A stretch of DNA of 64,000 nucleotides from a virus. The translations under genes were made by a program, and so were the position numbers. The notes below the pieces were generated by a model, which saw nothing but the letters and a program-made list of their open reading frames with translations, was not told the origin of the DNA and searched no databases. The DNA is taken from positions 1 to 64,000 of the IMG/VR virus record IMGVR_UViG_3300023174_000082; one strand, written 5' to 3'. Shown in pieces: positions 20,301 through 29,300 of this stretch (position 1 is the stretch's first letter; each line of letters opens with the position of its first letter).

Positions 20301-23300
20301 ATCCGCTGCCAGGATTGGTTACATTGATTGCTACCACTTGTCCTGCTGAATTAATCAAAGCAGTGGCTTCTGCAGGAGTTGTGGCATCTCCTACAATAGA
20401 AACTTGCGGTGCAGTTGTGTATCCAGTTCCGTTGAATGTAACAACAATTGTTTCCACACTCAACAAATAATTTTCATACCATTGACTGTATGGCCACTCT
20501 GTCCAAATTTGATCAGTCGACTCAGTGTCACTTAACGTATTGCTGATTTGTGCGGCGCTGTGTGCATACGGCAACAAGATAGGACTGGTATATTGAGGTA
20601 CTGGCAATGTAGTGTTGTAAAACGCTGGTACGTCAAAGTCTGTTAAATCTCCTTCGTACAAGTCATTACCAAAGTATGTGAGATTGAACTCACGCACTTG
20701 CACGTGATAGGGTTTTACTTCCTGCAGGTAATCAATTACAAATTCTTGATTGTCACGACTATAATTTTGGAATGGCAGCAATTCTCGAATTCTGTGATCA
20801 ACATCAATCAATGATGTTTTGACTAACCATTCAGGAGCAGAAAACTCGCTGAGTATAAAGTCAAACATCAAAGTCAAGCTGCGATTTCGTTCAATTGCCA
20901 AATCATCCACAAACAATTCTTCATTGATAGCTTGGATAATTTTTCTTGTTTCAATCACAGGTTCTTGGTCAAAGTATTGTGCATCAAACACTTCAACGTC
21001 AAAACCAAATCTTCCAAGAGCATAGTCATATATCTCTGCAGAAATTGCAATGGTTCCGTCTTCAAGTCCCACACGCTCAAATCCAAGATCAGTTTTTAAA
21101 TAAATTTCAAATTTGCCTTGTGCGTTTGCAGTTACTTTTACGCTGGCTCCTGTGGTTACAGATATTGTTGCCAAGCTAGAATAAGTTGGAACTTCTGCCA
21201 CAGGTTTGATGCTAGAATTGTATCCTGGACGATACCAGTCAATGTAACTCCAGTAGTCTGTTGTGCGATAATTTTGAACGCGAGTCAATACCAATTCTGG
21301 ATCGCCAGTGCTTGCATTTTCTTCTACAGTGTAAATTGTCCAAAGGCCTCGATTGTTACTGTCACTGACCACAAGATATTTGTACCCAATAGCATCGCCA
21401 CCAGGTGCTTCAAAATTGTAAGTTAAAATTTCTAAATTAGGTATGCGTTTGTTCCAGTTGATTACTGTTGCTCCATCAATTATCTGTGTAGATGGCAGTT
21501 CAGGCTCGGCGCTGTTTAACAAAGTAAAGCTACGGCTTTCACTTATTGGAAACTGTTTTAACACAGTATTGGCTCGAACAATGTAATTTTTTAGTGCTGC
21601 AAATCTGTCAACAAACATTGACTGACGAGGACGGAATTGTACTCCATAGCGTTCAGCTGGTCCCAAGTTGATGTCTGGCACTTTGTTGCCAGCAGTATCA
21701 ACACCGCAGAATGAATCTTGTAGTTTTCTGTAGAGATTGTCACTCAAAAAGCCATCAGCACGACCTTGAGCTATTAGTTCATACTCTACGTGAACATTAG
21801 CAGTGGTTAGTTCTCTATCAAATTCAACGTTGAGTATAGTATCTTCAGCGTCAATCAATGTTTCACAATTGTACAGTGCAACTGTGCTGGAATTAATTGG
21901 TGCTAGATATGCAATGCCAGTTGAGCGAGGATTTTCAATATACTGAGAAATAGTTGCTGCACTGAGAGTTTTATTTTTCTGTGTGGCCACATCAGTAATA
22001 CCGCGTACCCAGAAAAAGTATTGAGTGGTAAAGTTGCCATCTCGACTTAACACAGTGTTTATAGTATAACTTGATATGCTGTAAGGTGTTCCTGGGCCAG
22101 CATAGTTAGCAGGTGGAACAGAACTCACAATCCATTGATACACATCAATTGAGCTGCCTGGGAACACTTGTCCCCAACGTCGGCTGGCGTAAACAATATC
22201 GTCTTGGTTGGGATCAATAAATCTTACTGTACTGATGTCCCACCAAATTTCCCCCACATGATCTGCACCCCATGTAGTGCCTCGCACACCAACTGGTCCT
22301 ACATTATAACTGCCAGGATCAACTGCGCCAATATAATCAATGTTTTGACGAGCAGCACCCAGTATCTTGCCTTGTAATGGATTAAAGAAGTCTAAAAATT
22401 CTGTTGTGGCCGATGATATTCTGTCATACAAGAATACACTGTTTAACAGCTGCACATCAACAACTGGTTGTTCAACTCTAATTGGAACCCATGCTGGTGA
22501 TCGTGTGGCATTTTGCCACACATGAGCCTGACCGTAATTGCTACTGCTACTGTCTCCAAAGTCTGTGCCCGGAGCGCCCATCCAAAGCGCACCAGATGTG
22601 TAGTCAACCGACACACCTAGTTGATCCAAATAATCAATTGAAGTTATGGCAATTTGATTGCCAAAGATAAACTTGCTTGGATTGGTTATGCTACTGTTAG
22701 CACTGTTCAACAAGTCATATGTGTAAACAGCACCGCTTTGATCTATGTTGGTAAAGAATATTGTTGCACCTGCATCAAACAATTCCAAGTAATCATCAAA
22801 TATTGTGATTAAGTACATGGTGCCACGTGGAGCACCCACTACCAAAGTGGTTGCTATGTCATCAATGCTAATACTGGTTCCAAAACCAGCAAATTGTACT
22901 GGGTATGGGCTTTCGATTGTTTGTGTCCACTCAAAGGTGTTGAATCCAATACTATCAAATGCATTTCCTATACTGCCTGGTGCTACTTGCAGTTTGTCTC
23001 CAACAGGCGCAGCATCAAAATTTGTCACGCTGAGTGTGAGCAGACCGTTAGTCACTGTGGCTGTTACGTTAGGCACAGCAGCGTTGATAGCTGCGGCCAG
23101 ACCAGACACAGTGTTGTTAGATGCCGCAGGTACTGCCACATCTATATTGTTCACACGCAAAGTATTGCCGGCTGTGAGAGTAGGATTAGCATTGAGAGCT
23201 GTAATCACTCCAAATACTCTGCTTTGATTCAAACTGCGTTCAACTACGCCGCCTTTGTAAATTTGAATACTGCTTTGTGGTTCGCCAACATAGAGACTGC

Positions 23301-26300
23301 AATTGTATCTGCAAAGATCAACGCTTTGTCCAAAGTTGCTAAAATCAGCCACAGTATCTTGTGTTACAGTTTGCAAAAGATCAAACTGATTGGTTTCAAT
23401 TTCAACAACGTCACCTGGTTGCAAATTGTTTAAAAGATTCACAGTCACAGTAGATCCGCTGACTGTGAATGTGTTGGCTGCGTCTTTTGTGGTGCAGTTT
23501 TGATTGATCAAAAACTGATTGTTTACAATCACACTCACTGGCGCAACTGGTGTACCTAACACAGTAAAACTTGACGAGCTTGGATCGTTGTTCCAGATAA
23601 ATCTCTGTACATTGCGATCAAACACATACACTATACCTGCTTCGGCTTTTGTGCTAACTGTGGAATATGGTGCGCCAATCATGACTTGACGTCCGTCGGT
23701 GCTACAACTCACGCTATAACCAAATTGCGCACCAGCTTCAAGTCCAGTCACAGTTAATGTATCCACATACAACCAATATCCTTTGGCTCTGGCCAAGATG
23801 CTGGTGCCGCTGCCTGGCGAATTTAAGAATGTGATATCTTTGGTTGACGTATTGAATGTGTAGTCAATGTTTGGTCGTTGCAACACTCCATCAACTTCAA
23901 TTTGAAAACTGTATATGGTGCTGTCTGTCAGCGCAACTTGATAAAAATACTCATTTAATGAAAATACAGTTGCTAATGCCGGAGGTGTATATGATGGTGT
24001 GCTGATGGTAATAATTTCACCACTTATCACACTGCCCACTGTAAATGTAATATTGTTAGCTGGCACTGTGCCGCCACCAAAACTGGTAGCAGGAATGGTC
24101 AATGTATTGCCTACAGTATAACCTGTACCACCGTCTTGAACGCCAACTGTAACAGTTCCTCGGCGTCTAGAAACAGTAAACAACGCTCCTGATCCTGAAC
24201 CGCCGGTGGCTACCACGCTAAAGTAATCATTGCCATCCAGTTGTTGCAATGCAATACGACGGATGATAACATCTGATCCGCTTGCAGGTGCAGATGCAAA
24301 TGTCACTGTGTTCAATGCTGCATTTACTGTGTAATCTGTGTTCAACGTCTGAATTTCACCATCAACTGTGACACGCAATTGTGTGGACGCACTCACAGTG
24401 ATATAATCATTGATCAAATATGCTGTTGTAGTTCCGTTGCCTACAGTTCTAAAGTACTGATCTTCCCAGTCAACTCGACCATAAGCATAAACTTTGTTTA
24501 CATCGGGTGCGCCGACATACATCCAACGTTCGTCTAGGCTCACAGCTACAGAATAGCCAAATTTTCCTTGATCTACGCTGACACTGGTAGGTGATGTCAA
24601 TAACTGCCAGTTAAAATATGGATTGGTGTCGGGCAGATAAGATGCTGTGTCTCGATAAATCACACAGGCATAACCGTTGTTGGTTTGACTGGCAGATCCC
24701 AAACTTAAAGGTGCACCTGCAACCGCCCAATCTTTGTTACCAAATGCAACAGAAGTTCCGTAGGCTCTTGCACCAGTTACATCCAAAGTCAATACTGCGT
24801 CGCCGCTTGATACAGGGCTGGCAGGTTGATAAACATCGCTTGTGCTTCTTACATAAGTGTAAACGCCGCCTTTTGGATTTGCGGACGTTGGGAACCCGTA
24901 TCTTGGACTACCAACTAGAGCTGCAAATCGATTGGTAGCTTGGGCCACGCTTGATCCATATGCTTCTGTAGCATCTAGATACTCTGGAGCAATTGAAGTA
25001 ACTGCGCTGAATATGTCTTGCTTTTCAACCACTTGCCACAAGCCATCACCATTGTCATCAACCCAAACTCTTGCACCAGACAACAAACTGTTGGCATACG
25101 GAAGGGTATCTACATTGCTGGCTTGACTTACTCTCATGGTTTTTAAAGTAAATGCTAGGCCTGTGCCGTTGACCACTGTTCGGTTGCTTAAAAATCTAAA
25201 AGCAATGTTTATTGTGTTTAGATTAACAACAGACAACACATCATACACACCATCAACTTCTGTATCAAAGAATCTGATAATAATTCTGTTGCCAGCAACA
25301 AGTCCATGGTCAGCAGTAAAAATCACACGGCTAGTGTTGTTTAAGTTATCGCATACGTGACTGATTGTGCCAGGCACTGCTTCAGCTCGGTAAATGTTCC
25401 AATCATAGTCATTGACTTTGGCTACCCAAATACTTGTGCCTACGTTAATATTATTAATGTTGGCTTCAAGGCTAGCAGGATCATCAATGTCAAATACTGT
25501 AATGTCAGCATCATCAAGATTTACATAACCAGCTGATGGAAGAGCTGTGTCTGTAGGCAGCTCAGTGGTTGTGGGCAAAATATTTGGAGAAGTAAGTTTA
25601 AAACTTTCTTTCCATACATCTTGTAACAAAATAGCTTGATCGGCTTTACTAGATTCTAACGGCAACACCACTTGAACCAAACTTGGGCTGGCATCTAGTA
25701 GCGCACGATTCAATCGCAGTTCAAAATAACTGCGATTGGCATTGGCTCCGTATACTGCACGTTGTACTGCCCAGTTTTCATAAATGTTATAGTCGCCTGT
25801 TTCTTTTCCTAATGTGGCCTGGCTAAACAATTCTGCGCTGAGAATAGTACCTTTAGAGTCCAAAAACTGTCGATAGATGTTTACTTGACTCACATCATCT
25901 AAATTCAATGCTGCCATGTACTGTCGAGGTCTAAAGCCAATAAGGCCATAGCTCAGTAGATCATTGTCACTTTCTAAGTTGGCAGCATTAATGTCATAAC
26001 TGTTGGCCAACTGATTGGCTTTGTTTGCAAGATTGGGCAACAGTCCCAAGTCAATATGAGTATAATCACTTTGTACCCAATCGTTGTAGTCAAATGTCTC
26101 GCTAGGCTGAACAATTGTTGTGGCGCTCCAATACGTGCCTTTGTATTTGACAATAGTGCCTTTGCTGTAAATTTTATAATTTTGCCATTCTTCTACGTTA
26201 TTTTGGTTGAGGATAAATCCTTGTGCGTCCACGGCACCATTCCACTCAGTAGAGGTAGCAGCTACCAAGTTTAACCGATTTTGTCTTGCGCCAGTCACTG

Positions 26301-29300
26301 GATCGTATATCAAGTCTCCAAACACACTTGCATTGTCCAACACAATCATATGTTCGTAAGATGTATATTTGATGTCAATAAAACTTAGAGTCTCGTCAGC
26401 CAATGGCTCAACACTAAATGTGTTGTCAATACGAACAATGTTTAATTGTCGTGTGGGCAACTCTTTACGATTCTGATCTAGCAGAATGTTTTCGCTAGTT
26501 TGTGCTTGAATTGAGTCAACAACTGCTTGCTCTTTGGTCACATTAAGTCGGAATGCCAATGGGTTCAATGCAATTAGTGCATCATCACTCCAGCCTTGTG
26601 CTGCCCAATACAAAAATTCATTGGCCATTTGATTCCAGTCAAGCACATAACCATTAGCTCTGTTTGTGAAGGTTAGGCCTTGAGTTTCTAAATATTGACC
26701 CAGGCTTAACAAAAATTCAACCACTGCTGTTTTGGTATCAAATATGAATCCATACGGAACTTGTACCACAGTATTGGTGTAAGATGTTGGCACTTGAATT
26801 TTTGTGTCAAGCACAGTTATGGTGCGCAATTGACCTGAGTTTTGACTTTGCAATATGTTAAAATAAGGCTGAGTGGTACTGTAGCCAAATACTGCATAGC
26901 CGCCGGGCACTGTTTGAACCAATACTGAACTGTAGCTGGCTCGATCAAACGGTTGATTTTTGTACAGTAGTAAATTGTAACTTTCGTCAGGAATCAAAAA
27001 GCTAGTGTTGGTACTGGCTGGACTGCTTTTTTCAGTGTAAAGTTTAATGTATTTTTTGTCTGAGAAACTGGCCATGCGATAGCACAATCGCACATCAAGG
27101 TTGGCCAGGTCAGCTGTTAAATCTTCAGTTGAATCTATCCCAGATTGTCTGTTGTAGTCCACAATCCAATCAATGTAGCTGGCTTTGCTCACACCATTAC
27201 CGTATATTTCAATACCATTGGCATCTAATCTATATCGGCCATCATATAGATATTGTCCAAATTTTTCTTGGTAGCGATACAAATCACGATCAGCAAACAA
27301 TGCAAAAAATTTGGCTGGTTGTGTCAAGGCCAACAAGCGCATGACTGCAAACGGATATGAACTTGAATTCCACCACGAAGCTTCAACTGGGCCGCCGTCG
27401 CCAATGCTCCAGCTCTTTTGGAATTGCCCTGCGTCCCAAATTCCTACCACTGAATTAAATGGACTTAGCAATGCTCCTTCGCCGCCTGTGGGAATAACCG
27501 ATGTCAGTCCTGGTCTTGCATATTTTGGAAGATAGTAAGGGGCAACTGGGTCTCTAACATATCCAGCTTCCATGTCGTCCCATAGCACCAAGTTACCTTC
27601 GGTGTAAGGTGCAGGTCCGTAGGTGTCATCCCACCAATCTGGTTTGACACTGAGTCCTAACATTTCCCAAGGTGTATATTCTGGCTGTTGAGTGTCGTAG
27701 AAGTAACGATAGATACCGCGCCAGGCGCCCAGCAAATATTCATTGTTGAGTTTGTTCTGAGCTTCACTGTAGTTCCATGTGAACTCATTGGTGGCACGAT
27801 AGTCTTGTGTTTTGTAGTCAAGTTTGTTCCAGGCCACCCAGCTGAGAAAATCTTGTGCCAAAATGTTATTGACTTCACTATAGGTAAAACCAGTGTCTCT
27901 AAACTGTCCTGGGATAACATCAGCGGCCACCATAGGAACAGGGTTTCCGTCTAATTTTAGATTGTTGAAAATTCTTGTTTCAAATTCCAGTAATACATCA
28001 TCTCTAATGTCATCAAATGTTTTTGTAACTGATCCATCATGTCCAATCAGTACTGTTTGTTCGCCAGTACTGGTTTGTTGAACTGCAATTCTTGGTCTGA
28101 AAGCAGGATACAAACCAAGTTTGGTAGGAGTGTTTGGCACAAAGTTACCATAAGTGGTAGTGTATTCTCTGATGGCAATTTGATCGCCTACTGACAATGT
28201 AACCAAGATAGTTACCCGTGGTCCATCTGTGGCCACAGTATATTCTAAATCACGAGTAAGCAAACGATTATTAAGGTATACATTCAATCCCAGATAATTT
28301 GCAGATGTGTAATTGTATACCTGAACAGTATCAAATACATTGGACGTAATAAAACTTACAGTGTATGTGTTTTCAGTGTACACAGCACCCGATGGCAACA
28401 TGTCTGACCAGTAGAATGGTTGAGTTTCTACTTTGCCGGCATTGATTTCTTCGATGGCAGTGTCTAGAATCTGAGAAGTAGTTTGAAAATTAATTTCTTG
28501 CTGAGTCACATTGTCCAGCATGATATTTTTAAACTTAATATATTCTCTACTGTTGTAGGTCAATGAATTGAAAATGTTGTATTGCTCGCTGCGCAAGAAA
28601 TACCCAGCCAAAGTCAATGGAGCACTTTGTTGTAGGATGGTCAAGCCGTAAGGAATAATATTGCCAAGATCTCTAGTGTTGTTAGCACCAGCAATCGCGC
28701 CTTGAATACCTGGTAAATTTTCGCAAATACTTTCGTAGTTCTGACGAATAGTACCCAATGTAAAGCTGGTGCTGTTGGCATTGAGTGGATTGTTCTGCAA
28801 GTTAGATGGCACTTGATAAAAAGCCGCGGCACTAATTTGATCGCTTAAAACTAAAACTTCAATAATGTCTCCCAACACATAGGTGTTGAGTAACGTGATG
28901 GTAGTATTGTTACCATTTACAGCGTAGGTATATTTGGTAGGATCCTGGAATACACTGCCAACATAAACTTTGACTACTGGTACAGAACTGCTTGTTTGAC
29001 TAATAACTGGAACGTTTAATTTCAATGATCCAGTGTTGTAAGTAAACTTAAATTGTTGATACATCTGAGTGGTAGTGATTGCATTCTGCCACCCAATTAA
29101 TCGTGTGTATATTGTTCTGTCAACATATTCTCTAGCACTACCCGAACTGATAGAAACAGTTACTGATACGTTATCTCTAGTGTATACAAATGTATCTTTG
29201 TAGAGATTGTTATCAAACACAATATCTCCCACATTAGAAATGCTGAGATACTGCAATGGAATTTTTAAAATTTTGTCAAGTATTCCTGTGTCGCCAATTG